This document shows, one piece after another, positions 18,904-27,825 of a stretch of DNA of 36,122 nucleotides. Origin of the DNA: Candidatus Thorarchaeota archaeon (lineage in GTDB: Archaea; Asgardarchaeota; Thorarchaeia; Thorarchaeales; Thorarchaeaceae); the NCBI GenBank assembly GCA_016839605.1, contig JAEOTX010000170.1, positions 1-36,122 of the forward strand, written 5' to 3'. How positions within the stretch are numbered: position 1 is the stretch's first letter; every line of letters begins with the position of its first letter. The notes below the pieces were generated by a model. That model was not told the DNA's origin. It was given only the letters and a program-made list of their open reading frames with translations, and did not search any database. The translations under genes and the position numbers were made by a program.

Positions 18904-19791
18904 TCACTCGCCCTCCAGTGGGTGTGTCACATACGTGACTCCTAGATCCTTTGATATCACTGCTTTGCTGTGCCTTGCAGCCCAGCACTGAACGGCAACT
19001 CCCACGGGTAGACTTGCAGGATGACGCATGGCATAGTCGACCTTCACTGCTAGAACTGTTGTCTTGCCTCCAAGACCCATTGGACCAATATCTGTGGCAT
19101 TAATTGCATCCATGAGTTCCTGCTCAATCTTGGCCACTTCAGGCTCAGGATGTTTGTCATCGAGTGGTCGCAGCAACTGCTGCTTAGCAATCTTGATTGA
19201 AATATCTGCACCACCGCCAATTCCCACACCGATGATGTTTGGAGCGCATGCCTTGCCCATATAGCTCATTGCATTATCTACAACCAGTTTCTTGACGCCT
19301 GTTAATCCAACTCCGGGTTTGAGCATGCCAACAATGGACACGTTCTCACTACCTCCACCCTTAGGATATGCGATTATTTCCAGTGAATCACCAGGCACAA
19401 CATCCCAGTTAATCCAAGGGATTTTCACACCAGTATTATCACCCGAGTTACCACCTACAATCGGATTCACTGCATTTGGTCGGATTGGTACTTCCGCTGT
19501 AGCCTTTCTCGTGGCTTTGGTGAGGGCTTCTTTAATCTCATCCATAAATGGAAACTTGCTGCCGACTTTGACATAGAAGATTATTATGCCCGTGTCTTGG
19601 CACATTGGAACTCCAGTATCTGCAATATCCATATTCTGAATGATTGCTGAGAGCTGGGTCTTGGCGGTTTCGTTATCCTCGCGATCACGAGCCGCCCTCA
19701 ATACATCTTCAACATCCTTAGGCAGTTTTGTCACAGCCATCTTGAGAAGACGAAAAGTAGTGTCTTCAATGACTTGCATTGGATCCTTCAT
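18904..19791 (-). CDS. Fe-S type fumarate hydratase alpha subunit (FumA N-terminal/TtdA family)
   Basis: PMCQDTG, KGGGSEN, ACAP, GPMGLGGKTT, HPASLPV, QCWAARH. Start placed at MKDPM. Confidence 0.93.
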   Translation of the reverse strand: MKDPMQVIEDTTFRLLKMAVTKLPKDVEDVLRAARDREDNETAKTQLSAIIQNMDIADTGVPMCQDTGIIIFYVKVGSKFPFMDEIKEALTKATRKATAEVPIRPNAVNPIVGGNSGDNTGVKIPWINWDVVPGDSLEIIAYPKGGGSENVSIVGMLKPGVGLTGVKKLVVDNAMSYMGKACAPNIIGVGIGGGADISIKIAKQQLLRPLDDKHPEPEVAKIEQELMDAINATDIGPMGLGGKTTVLAVKVDYAMRHPASLPVGVAVQCWAARHSKAVISKDLGVTYVTHPLEGE

Positions 19792-19946
19792 TGTATCAGC
19801 TTCTTGGAATTGCTGTTGAAGAGGCAAATGATTTACCCCTTGCACGGACTCGCAGCCAATTACCTACCTAATCTTTCTTACTGTTTGGATATATTGTAGG
19901 ACTATATACATTAGAAGAGGACGCTTCTGTGTGAGATGATGACTTC

Positions 19947-20432
19947 ATGACACTAGACCTGACCTTGACATCTATAATCTCCTTTGTCACCGCCCTCGCT
20001 ATTCTCATAGTATTCAGTATGATGGACATTCGTGAGAGAAAGGTATCCAATCACTATGTGCTAGTAGGAGGCGTGATTGGCTTAGTCATTGTATTTCTCT
20101 CGGGACATTTGATTCAAAACCCAGTGCAGCATTTAACGGCACCAATCTTTGTGATTGTACTCTCCTATGTTCTCTTTCATATCAAGGCCATTGGTGGTGC
20201 TGATTTCAAAGCGTTGGTCATCTTGAGCATCATCAGTCCCGGGATAGAATTAGCCGTGTGGATAGACCCGATTCTTGAAGCAGTTATTGGAGGCGGTCTT
20301 GAGATGTTAATTATGTTGACCTTTGGTTATGCGTACTCTAATTGGTCAAGGAAAGACAATGAAAGAGGCACGCCACTGATTCCCTTTCTTAGCGTGGCCT
20401 ATGTTCTGATCCAGGTATTGGCACTTTTTTAG
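19947..20432 (+). CDS. Peptidase A24 (prepilin/prearchaellin peptidase-like)
   Basis: MMDIRERKVSN and IGGADFK catalytic Asp motifs; PLIPFL. Confidence 0.88.
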   Translation: MTLDLTLTSIISFVTALAILIVFSMMDIRERKVSNHYVLVGGVIGLVIVFLSGHLIQNPVQHLTAPIFVIVLSYVLFHIKAIGGADFKALVILSIISPGIELAVWIDPILEAVIGGGLEMLIMLTFGYAYSNWSRKDNERGTPLIPFLSVAYVLIQVLALF

Positions 20433-20776
20433 AGCACGGCCGCCGGAAGGGAAAAGGTATAGAGTAGGGTCCAGACAAGCACCCATAGCAATAGAAACGT
20501 AGGTAGACCAGCTGTAACGAGCTTTTGTCGACCTCCAATCTCTTTGGGATCTATCTCTAACAGGTAAACAACAACGTACAGAGTTAGCGCATACATAAGC
20601 AGGCCAAAAATCAGACCTCTTGAGCCACGAAAAGCAGGTCCAGCAAGTCCACAGATTAGCGCGGTGATTAATGCGAAGAATATCTTAACATAGGTCTGTT
20701 GTTCGTCTGCAGAGTCAGCCCATCTACTGAAAAGACGTTTGAAGATATTCTGGAGAGGCTCTATCACTGATGACAT
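20429..20776 (-). CDS. EMC6/Rab5ip-like three-TM protein
   Basis: YVKIFFALITALICG...GLIFGLLMY...GLPTFLLLWVLVWTLLY matches the EMC6 family pattern as recalled. Confidence 0.65.
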   Translation of the reverse strand: MSSVIEPLQNIFKRLFSRWADSADEQQTYVKIFFALITALICGLAGPAFRGSRGLIFGLLMYALTLYVVVYLLEIDPKEIGGRQKLVTAGLPTFLLLWVLVWTLLYTFSLPAAVL

Positions 20777-20847
20777 AGTGTGACACCTGCCGGAGTTATG
20801 CGTCTGTCAATCGACTAGGTTATAACAATATCGGACTGGAGTGGCGC

Positions 20848-22875
20848 TTGACAATGAAAGAAACGATGAGCAATATTGACATTCGGCTGATTCTGCCAGA
20901 GCTAAAGGAGTCCGCAGAAGGTGCATTCATCAAGAATGTATACCAATATGGAGATGTCTTCGTACTCAAACTCTACCAGCCCGCAGGAGGCACGTCACAT
21001 CTTCTGTTCGAAGTCGGTCGTCGAGTTCATCTCACAGAATATCGTCGAGTTGCTCCTAGGATCCCACCGAAATTCTGTACAGCACTCAGGAAATACCTCC
21101 GGGACCGAAGAGTCATGTCAGTCGATCAACACGATTTGGACCGAATTGTGGTGATAGAAATCGGTGATGAATCAAGTTCACACAAATTAGTCGTGGAGCT
21201 TTTTGGCAATGGTAATGTCCTTCTTCTCGATCCAGAAGACACGATATTCGTTGCAATGCGTTACAGGAGAATGAAGGACCGTGATGTCATTCCCAAGGCA
21301 AAGTACGAATTTCCGCCTCCGCGCGGCATGGATGTCATGAACCTAGAGGCGGATGCACTAGTAGGGGTTCTCTCTGAGTCGAAAGCAAACGTGGTTCGAA
21401 CTCTAGCAAGCAGGCTAAACCTTGACTCCCTTAGCTGTGAGGAGATATGCGCCCTTGGAGGAGTGAATCCTCAAGCAAAGGTCCCTGATTTGGATGAGCA
21501 AGCAGTAAAGGACCTTTCAGGTGGACTCTCTCGCTTTATCGAGAAACTCAAGAATGGAATTAGCGAGCCTCGAATAGTCATAGATGATGAAGACGAGGAG
21601 GAACAAGTTGCATTCGTTCCCTTCATGTTGGAGGTCTATAACGGCTTGCCCACCACGGTATTCCCTACATTCAGTCAGGCTATTGACAACTTCTATGGCA
21701 TATCTGACATGGAACTTGAAGATGAGGAGATTCTCGAGGCTCATGACAAAGAACGCATGCGCCTTGAGAGGATTATTGAGAAACAGAAAGAAGGGATTAC
21801 ACGATTAGAAACCAAGGCTGTCAATTTAAGGCTGGCAGGAGAAGCCATCTACAACCACTTTCAAATGGTACATGAGGTTCTTGAAACAATCTCAAGTGCA
21901 AGAGCAGGTGGTCTATCCTGGGCAGAGATTTCATCTAGGGTCGAAGAAGGTAAAGAGAAGGGTATGCCATCTGCAGTTATCATTGAAAGAATAATTCCTT
22001 CTCAGGGCAAGATCTTAGTGAAGCTTGCAGATGTCGATGTGAGCCTCGATATCAGAAAGAGTGCACAAGACAATGCATCACTGGCATATGAACAGGCCAA
22101 GAAATCTGAGGCAAAGACCAAGGGAGCGCAGAAGCAAATCGATAAGACAATCGCAAAACTAAAGGAACTAGAGGAAAAGGCAGTCAAACCTGATACAAAG
22201 GTGAAAGTCCCGGTCAGAATCAGGAAAAAGCGGTGGTATGAGAAGTTTCGATGGTTTCTGTCCTCAGAGGGTCATCTTGTCATTGGAGGAAGAGATGCAA
22301 AGACCAATGAAAGACTCGCAAAGCGACAGATGGAGTCAAACGATGTGTTTCTCCATGCCGCTCTGCACGGTGCACCCTACATAGTTGTCAAGGTTTCAGG
22401 AGATCCACCAGGAGAACAGACTCTCACTGAAGCTGCACAGTTCGCCGTTACCTTCTCTCGAGCGTGGCAAGACGGTCTGTCATCAGGTGATGCCTATTGG
22501 GTTGACCCCGAGCAGGTCAGTTTCACTCCGCCTTCTGGAGAGTATCTCCCATCAGGGGCAGTTATGATCTACGGCTCAAAGAACTACATTCGAAGAGTTC
22601 CGCTGGAACTTGCTGTGGGCGTGATGATTGAGGATGATGATGCGATTCCGGTATCTGGACCACCCTCGGCACTATCAGCTCACACACAGTACACTGTAAG
22701 GGTTGCTCCAGGCAAAGGAAAGAAAGGCAAGCTTGTGAAGGAAATTCTCAACCAGCTGAAGAAATTGGTGCCAGAGGATAAGAAGCATTTGATCGACCAG
22801 ATACCTCAAGAAGACATGATGCGCGTCCTGCCTGGGGGTGGAGGCGAATTGGTCTCTCGTGACTCAAGAGGTTGA
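20848..22875 (+). CDS. rqcH: Ribosome rescue/quality control protein RqcH (NEMF/NFACT family)
   Basis: F-x-x-x-LRK, DR motif, VELFGNGN, WYEKFRWF, GGRDAKTNE, FLHAALHGAP, GEYLPSGA. Confidence 0.93.
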   Translation: MTMKETMSNIDIRLILPELKESAEGAFIKNVYQYGDVFVLKLYQPAGGTSHLLFEVGRRVHLTEYRRVAPRIPPKFCTALRKYLRDRRVMSVDQHDLDRIVVIEIGDESSSHKLVVELFGNGNVLLLDPEDTIFVAMRYRRMKDRDVIPKAKYEFPPPRGMDVMNLEADALVGVLSESKANVVRTLASRLNLDSLSCEEICALGGVNPQAKVPDLDEQAVKDLSGGLSRFIEKLKNGISEPRIVIDDEDEEEQVAFVPFMLEVYNGLPTTVFPTFSQAIDNFYGISDMELEDEEILEAHDKERMRLERIIEKQKEGITRLETKAVNLRLAGEAIYNHFQMVHEVLETISSARAGGLSWAEISSRVEEGKEKGMPSAVIIERIIPSQGKILVKLADVDVSLDIRKSAQDNASLAYEQAKKSEAKTKGAQKQIDKTIAKLKELEEKAVKPDTKVKVPVRIRKKRWYEKFRWFLSSEGHLVIGGRDAKTNERLAKRQMESNDVFLHAALHGAPYIVVKVSGDPPGEQTLTEAAQFAVTFSRAWQDGLSSGDAYWVDPEQVSFTPPSGEYLPSGAVMIYGSKNYIRRVPLELAVGVMIEDDDAIPVSGPPSALSAHTQYTVRVAPGKGKKGKLVKEILNQLKKLVPEDKKHLIDQIPQEDMMRVLPGGGGELVSRDSRG

Positions 22876-23013
22876 TTATGATTTATTGAAACGGTCAGAC
22901 AATACAGACATGTTTAAATTCCAACTAGGTTGAGTCAGTCAAGAAGGCACCCTGAAGCCTAGATGCTCTGGGTGGTTATTAACCAGCTTTCTGATGCGCC
23001 GAGGTATTAACTG

Positions 23014-23580
23014 ATGTCTGACCCTTCACAATCAATGTCTGTGAGAGAAATCATGTCTGTCAATGTAGTGACGATGCCACCAGATGCTAGTGTGCGTGAG
23101 GTGGCACGCTCAATGAGCGAGATGGACATAGGATCGATAGTAATCTCTGATAAGGGTCGGCCACTAGGAATCATAACAGAGTCTGATATCGTTAGAAGAG
23201 TGGTGTCAGAGGATAAGGATCCAAAGGATGCTAAAGCCAAAGATATTATGAGCTCACCTCTTGTTCATGTCACACCAAATACCGCCCTAACTGAAGCCAT
23301 GAGAATAATGGCTCGCGGCAATATTCGCAGAGTGGCAGTGCTAAAGAACAACTCTTTGGCAGGAATAATCACTTCAAGAGACATTCTGCGTTGGTCACCC
23401 GAACTCATTGACGTGCTCATGGAATCTTTGAAGCTCCGTTCTGAGATTGCAGATAGATCCGATGAAGAGGAGGAAGACGAACTGATCGCGTATGGTGGAA
23501 CTTGTGACAGCTGCGGAGAGTACTCTACTGAATTGGCACTTGTTGATGGAAGATATCTCTGTGATGTGTGTCGGAGCTAG
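23014..23580 (+). CDS. CBS-pair protein with C-terminal Zn ribbon
   Basis: GIITESDI and GIITSRDI; CDSC...CDVC. Confidence 0.9.
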   Translation: MSDPSQSMSVREIMSVNVVTMPPDASVREVARSMSEMDIGSIVISDKGRPLGIITESDIVRRVVSEDKDPKDAKAKDIMSSPLVHVTPNTALTEAMRIMARGNIRRVAVLKNNSLAGIITSRDILRWSPELIDVLMESLKLRSEIADRSDEEEEDELIAYGGTCDSCGEYSTELALVDGRYLCDVCRS

Positions 23581-23636
23581 TTGGTCAAACTAAAGGAGTG
23601 CATTCAGTTCGGTAAGCACGGTGATAGGAGGATTGC

Positions 23637-24458
23637 ATGTTGGAAGTAAGTCAAATTATGGCAGAACCAGTCACTATCGACAAAGATCAGAGACTATCAT
23701 ACGCTCTTGAGCTTCTTGACAAGAAGCGTGTGGATAGACTAATTGTTACTCAGAATGGTACCGTAACAGGTATTCTCACGTATGCAGACATCGCAGACAG
23801 GCTTAGTGTTAGTAAGGTAGTTGCCGTTTCAATCGGAAGACTACATGTTTCAAGCGCGATGACTGATACCGTAATTACCGTATCTCCGGATGACGACGTC
23901 ACCGAAGTTGCTCAGCTCATGGTGGATAGAGGTATGAGCGGATGTCCCGTTGTTGATAAGAATGACAAACTCGTTGGTGTAATCTCGAAGACAGAGCTTT
24001 GCTCTCTTGTGACCAAGTTTGAGGACATCAAGGTGGAAGACCTAATGACAACAAAAGATATCCTTGTCGTCAATCCCGTAGAGCGTCTGGTGAAGGCGAG
24101 GAGTGAAATGCTCGATAAAGGATACTCGGGACTTCCAGTTACAGATGGTCCAAGGGTTTTAGGATTACTCACTGAGAGAGCTGTTGCAGAAGCGATGGCG
24201 AGATTCAGTGTGGAGGTCCCTGATAAGCACCGCAGAAACCAAGTTAGACAGATACGAGTTGTAGATGCCATGATAAGGGAGCCTCCATTAGTATCTCCAG
24301 GAGAGCCCCTTGCTGTAGCTATTGAGAAGATGACGAAAGCAAATCTGAACACACTTCCTGTGGTGGGTAAGGGAAACAAACTCTTGGGTATTATCAGTGC
24401 AACTGATCTAACCCGTTTCGTTGCTAACAAGTTTAAGGTCCCAGAATCAGAAGAATAG
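23637..24458 (+). CDS. Four-CBS-domain protein
   Basis: GILTYAD, GVISKTE, GLLTERA, GIISATD. Confidence 0.9.
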   Translation: MLEVSQIMAEPVTIDKDQRLSYALELLDKKRVDRLIVTQNGTVTGILTYADIADRLSVSKVVAVSIGRLHVSSAMTDTVITVSPDDDVTEVAQLMVDRGMSGCPVVDKNDKLVGVISKTELCSLVTKFEDIKVEDLMTTKDILVVNPVERLVKARSEMLDKGYSGLPVTDGPRVLGLLTERAVAEAMARFSVEVPDKHRRNQVRQIRVVDAMIREPPLVSPGEPLAVAIEKMTKANLNTLPVVGKGNKLLGIISATDLTRFVANKFKVPESEE

Positions 24459-24502
24459 CCCTTGGCGACAAAATCATATCGTGCCGTGACACAGAAGTAG
24501 CT

Positions 24503-25822
24503 ATGCCTGTAGACCGCATCCTAGAAAGAGGGATTGTGATAGTGGACGGAATAGAAGTTGTCCGTTCAGTCACAATAGATGCAGGCATAATTGAGGGTAT
24601 TTACGAACCTGGCTCTGAGCCCCCTGCATCTGAGAGAATCAGTTGCGAGGGACTATACATTCTACCTGGAGTAATCGATATCCATGTTCATATGAGGGAT
24701 CTAGAGCAAGATGACAAAGAAGAGTTCTCTACGGGAACTATGGCTGCTGCTGCAGGCGGTGTGACTACTGTAGTAGATATGCCAAACTCAGTCCCACCGA
24801 CTATAACCCATAAGGATCTTGAGGAGAAAATAGCCATAGCTACGGAAAAACGATACGTCAACGTGGGATTCTACGCTGGTATTCCGAGCAAAATCAGGCA
24901 TGTGGAGGAGCGTCTGATACCCCAGATTCTGGGATTCAAGGTCTACCCACACACTCCATTAACAGAAGGCACACACTATACCAAAGAGCGCCTAAGGGAA
25001 TGTATGAAACTATCAGCCGAGTATGGCATACCTCTGCTGTTTCACCCCGCCTCAGCTGAGATTGACGCAAAGCCAAAAACTCATGATGACTTCTTTCAGC
25101 TCCACAGCTGTGAAAACGAGGTAGAGTCTCTAAAGCAATTTCTGGAAATCAAGGCAGAATTCTATGAGAGCAGATTGCATGTCTGTCATGTCAGCTGTGG
25201 TACAACTGCGCGAATACTATTGGAACATCGTGCAGAAGATACACTGACTGCAGAGGTCACACCGCATCATCTCTTCCTAACTGGGGGAGAATTCTCACAC
25301 GATGACGGTCGAGCTAAAATGCTTCCTCCATTACGGTCGCCCTATGATAATGAAGCGCTTCTACAAGGGCTTAGTTCAACCTGTGGCATTGATTGTGTTG
25401 TGTCAGATCATGCACCTCATGAGACCTTCGAAAAGAGACTCCCGTTTAGGGATGCAGAATCAGGCATACCTGGACTTGAAACATTATTGCCCCTAATGCT
25501 GACAGCAGTCTTTGAGGACAAGATATCTTGGCTAGATTATCTCAGAGTCTGCAGCTCAGGTCCTGCTAGAATTCTTGGCATTACAGGCAAGGGAGTTATT
25601 GCCAAAGGGTATGATGCAGACATCACCGTCGTTTCAAGAGAGAACTGGGAGATTCGTGGTAGAGATTTCCACTCCAAGGCTAAGATTACTCCATTTGAAG
25701 GACAGAACGTTAAGGCACGTCCTGTCATTACAATCGTTGGCGGCGAGGTGGTCTACAGCTATGGGGGATTCTTTGCTGACCCAGGAGTGGTTGGTAGAGT
25801 GCCTTTGCGGCGTTTACGATAG
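24503..25822 (+). CDS. pyrC: Dihydroorotase (amidohydrolase family)
   Basis: PGVIDIHVHMR, AAAGGVTTVVDMPN, HVCHVS, EVTPHHL, SDHAPH. Confidence 0.85.
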   Translation: MPVDRILERGIVIVDGIEVVRSVTIDAGIIEGIYEPGSEPPASERISCEGLYILPGVIDIHVHMRDLEQDDKEEFSTGTMAAAAGGVTTVVDMPNSVPPTITHKDLEEKIAIATEKRYVNVGFYAGIPSKIRHVEERLIPQILGFKVYPHTPLTEGTHYTKERLRECMKLSAEYGIPLLFHPASAEIDAKPKTHDDFFQLHSCENEVESLKQFLEIKAEFYESRLHVCHVSCGTTARILLEHRAEDTLTAEVTPHHLFLTGGEFSHDDGRAKMLPPLRSPYDNEALLQGLSSTCGIDCVVSDHAPHETFEKRLPFRDAESGIPGLETLLPLMLTAVFEDKISWLDYLRVCSSGPARILGITGKGVIAKGYDADITVVSRENWEIRGRDFHSKAKITPFEGQNVKARPVITIVGGEVVYSYGGFFADPGVVGRVPLRRLR

Positions 25823-25874
25823 CTGCGAAAAGCATAACCGGTATCATGTGTTGAGAAATGTCGGTGGACATGGA

Positions 25875-26504
25875 TTGGACTACGCATATTCTGACGATGA
25901 AGGAACGCTTCTTGTGAAACTTGCAAGACAGACTGTTGACAGTTATGTGCTAGACAAGACTAAGCCCAGTCCTCCAGATGATGCACCTCCCAAATTATGG
26001 GAGAAGTCGGGCGTGTTTGTAACTCTCAACCTTCTGGAAGAGGGCCATGTTAGACTTAGGGGGTGTATTGGTCGTCCATATCCAACGCAACCATTGATAG
26101 AGGCCACAATTGATTCCGCTGTAGATTCTGCGGTAAATGACCCCCGCTTCAGGCCAGTGAGCCCAAATGAAATTGATTCTATCATCGTTGATCTAAGCGT
26201 TCTCACTCCTCCGCGCAAATTGGAATATGACAGCCCTGACGAGCTCTTCAATCTTGTGCAGGTTGGAAGAGATGGACTCATAGTCAGTAGAGGAATGATG
26301 CGTGGGCTTCTACTTCCGCAAGTCCCTGTGCAGTATGGATGGGACACGAAGACATTTTTGGAACACACTTGCCAAAAGGCAGGACTTCCGAGCGACCTAT
26401 GGCGAGCTCCTGATGTGGAGTTCATGTCATTTCGAGCCGAGATCTTTGGTGAAACTGCCCCCAGAGAGGAGATTGTAAGAAACCCAGAGCATCCCCGATG
26501 TTAG
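25875..26504 (+). CDS. AMMECR1-domain protein (TIGR00296-like)
   Basis: GVFVTL, LRGCIG, DPRF, GRDGL, GLLLPQV, CQKAGL. Start placed at TTG 25875, not 25575. Confidence 0.92.
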   Translation: MDYAYSDDEGTLLVKLARQTVDSYVLDKTKPSPPDDAPPKLWEKSGVFVTLNLLEEGHVRLRGCIGRPYPTQPLIEATIDSAVDSAVNDPRFRPVSPNEIDSIIVDLSVLTPPRKLEYDSPDELFNLVQVGRDGLIVSRGMMRGLLLPQVPVQYGWDTKTFLEHTCQKAGLPSDLWRAPDVEFMSFRAEIFGETAPREEIVRNPEHPRC

Positions 26505-27376
26505 AGGAGAATGATACCGTGAACGACTTGCCATCAGCTGTGATTGAAACCCTCAAGGAGTATTTGAAAGAAGATATCAGAACAGGAGACCTGACCTCCA
26601 ATGTTACAGTGCCTGACGATGCAATAGGATCTGCAACAGTCTATGCAAAGAGTAAGGCTGTACTGGCCGGAGTAAAGGAATTGACCGCCATAGCAGAACT
26701 CACAGGGCTTGATTACGAGGTTTTTGCCTTCGAGGGAAATTGGGTGGGACCGCAAGAGCCCATAGTGGGTCTGAGAGGGCTTGCACGCACTCTTCTGGGA
26801 GTGGAACGAGTCTGTCTCAACATCATCCAACGGATGAGTGGGATAGCAACAAAGACCTATAGAATGGTTCAAGCTGCAAGAGAAATGAACCCAAATGTAC
26901 GTGTGGCGGCCACAAGAAAAACAACTCCAGGCTTCAGATACTTCGAGAAGAGAGCAGTCCAGGTAGGCGGTGGAGACCCTCATCGTTATGCACTTGATGA
27001 CATGGTCTTGATCAAGAACAACCATATCGCTGTTGTTGGAGGAGCAGGTGATGCCGTCAAGGCTGCCAGAGAGGGGGTATCGTTTAGTAAGAAGATATCA
27101 TGTGAAGTTCGTACGCTTCAAGAGGCTATAGAGGCTATAGAAGCGGGTGCTGACATTGTACTGCTGGACAACTTCACTGCTCAAGATGTAGGGGGAGTCC
27201 ATGAGGTTCTTACTCAACGAGAGATGCGGCATAAAGTCTTGCTGGAGGCATCAGGAGGAATTAATGAGGACAATATCAAGGACTATGCGCAGAGTGGAGT
27301 GGACATCATCTCTTCTGGAGCATTGACTCACTCATACGACTCAGCAGACTTCAATATGCTCCTGTCATTTACATAG
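26498..27376 (+). CDS. nadC: Nicotinate-nucleotide diphosphorylase (carboxylating)
   Basis: EDIRTGDLTS, MSGIAT, ATRKTTPG, GGGDPHR, LIKNNH, LLDN, EASGGI, SSGALTH. Confidence 0.96.
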   Translation: MLEENDTVNDLPSAVIETLKEYLKEDIRTGDLTSNVTVPDDAIGSATVYAKSKAVLAGVKELTAIAELTGLDYEVFAFEGNWVGPQEPIVGLRGLARTLLGVERVCLNIIQRMSGIATKTYRMVQAAREMNPNVRVAATRKTTPGFRYFEKRAVQVGGGDPHRYALDDMVLIKNNHIAVVGGAGDAVKAAREGVSFSKKISCEVRTLQEAIEAIEAGADIVLLDNFTAQDVGGVHEVLTQREMRHKVLLEASGGINEDNIKDYAQSGVDIISSGALTHSYDSADFNMLLSFT

Positions 27377-27391
27377 GGAGTTTCAGAAAGG

Positions 27392-27420
27392 TGGTGCCCC
27401 GACCGGGATTTGAACCCGGG
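27392..27420 (-). repeat. att-like duplication of the 3' 29 nt of tRNA-Glu (T-arm, acceptor strand, CCA)
   Basis: TGGTGCCCCGACCGGGATTTGAACCCGGG vs 35889-35917 TGGTGCCCCGGCCGGGATTCGAACCCGGG (27/29 identical). Confidence 0.92.
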
Positions 27421-27506
27421 ATTGTCATACAAAAACAGACAGATAAAACTAGAGGACTTCAAGATTGGTACAATAGAGAGGGATGAATTACTTATTTCGA
27501 ATAACG

Positions 27507-27591
27507 TGCAAGACTGGTGGTTTTGGAGAAACGGTCCAAAACGCAGCCCTCATAATGCTTATTTCGGCGAAAAGGGCTATAAAGAATGGCG
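27507..27591 (+). promoter_or_regulatory. CRISPR leader 1
   Basis: 27548-27591 is 41/44 identical to 34891-34934, with weaker similarity further upstream; contains CTTATTT and CGAAAAGGGCTATAAA (BRE/TATA-like). Confidence 0.85.
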
Positions 27592-27825
27592 GTATGAATC
27601 GAACTACAAGTAGGATTGAAGAAGGTAATAGAAGAACGGCAGGAAATCCGCAAGAGTGAGTATGAATCGAACTACAAGTAGGATTGAAGCTAGAACGTGT
27701 CGTCGTCGATTGCAGTTATCTGAACTGTATGAATCGAACTACATGTAGGATTGAAACTACACCCACACAATAACACCGACGACAGACGGCTCTCGCATGA
27801 ATCGAACTATATCTAGGATTAGGAT
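27592..27825 (+). CRISPR. CRISPR mini-array 1: 4 repeats (last degenerate), 3 spacers
   Basis: 31-nt consensus GTATGAATCGAACTACAWGTAGGATTGAAAC at 27592, 27660, 27727 and 27795; spacers of 37, 36 and 37 nt. Confidence 0.95.

Noticed and set aside
25575-25874. 100-aa N-terminal extension of AMMECR1
   Set aside because: Overlaps pyrC out of frame; homology begins near 25875.
27392-27420. Second tRNA gene or split-tRNA half
   Set aside because: Only the 3' 29 nt are present, with no anticodon arm or complementary leader; better explained as an att site.
27410-27613. 67-aa ORF after nadC
   Set aside because: Starts inside the att repeat and ends inside CRISPR repeat 1, spanning the leader.
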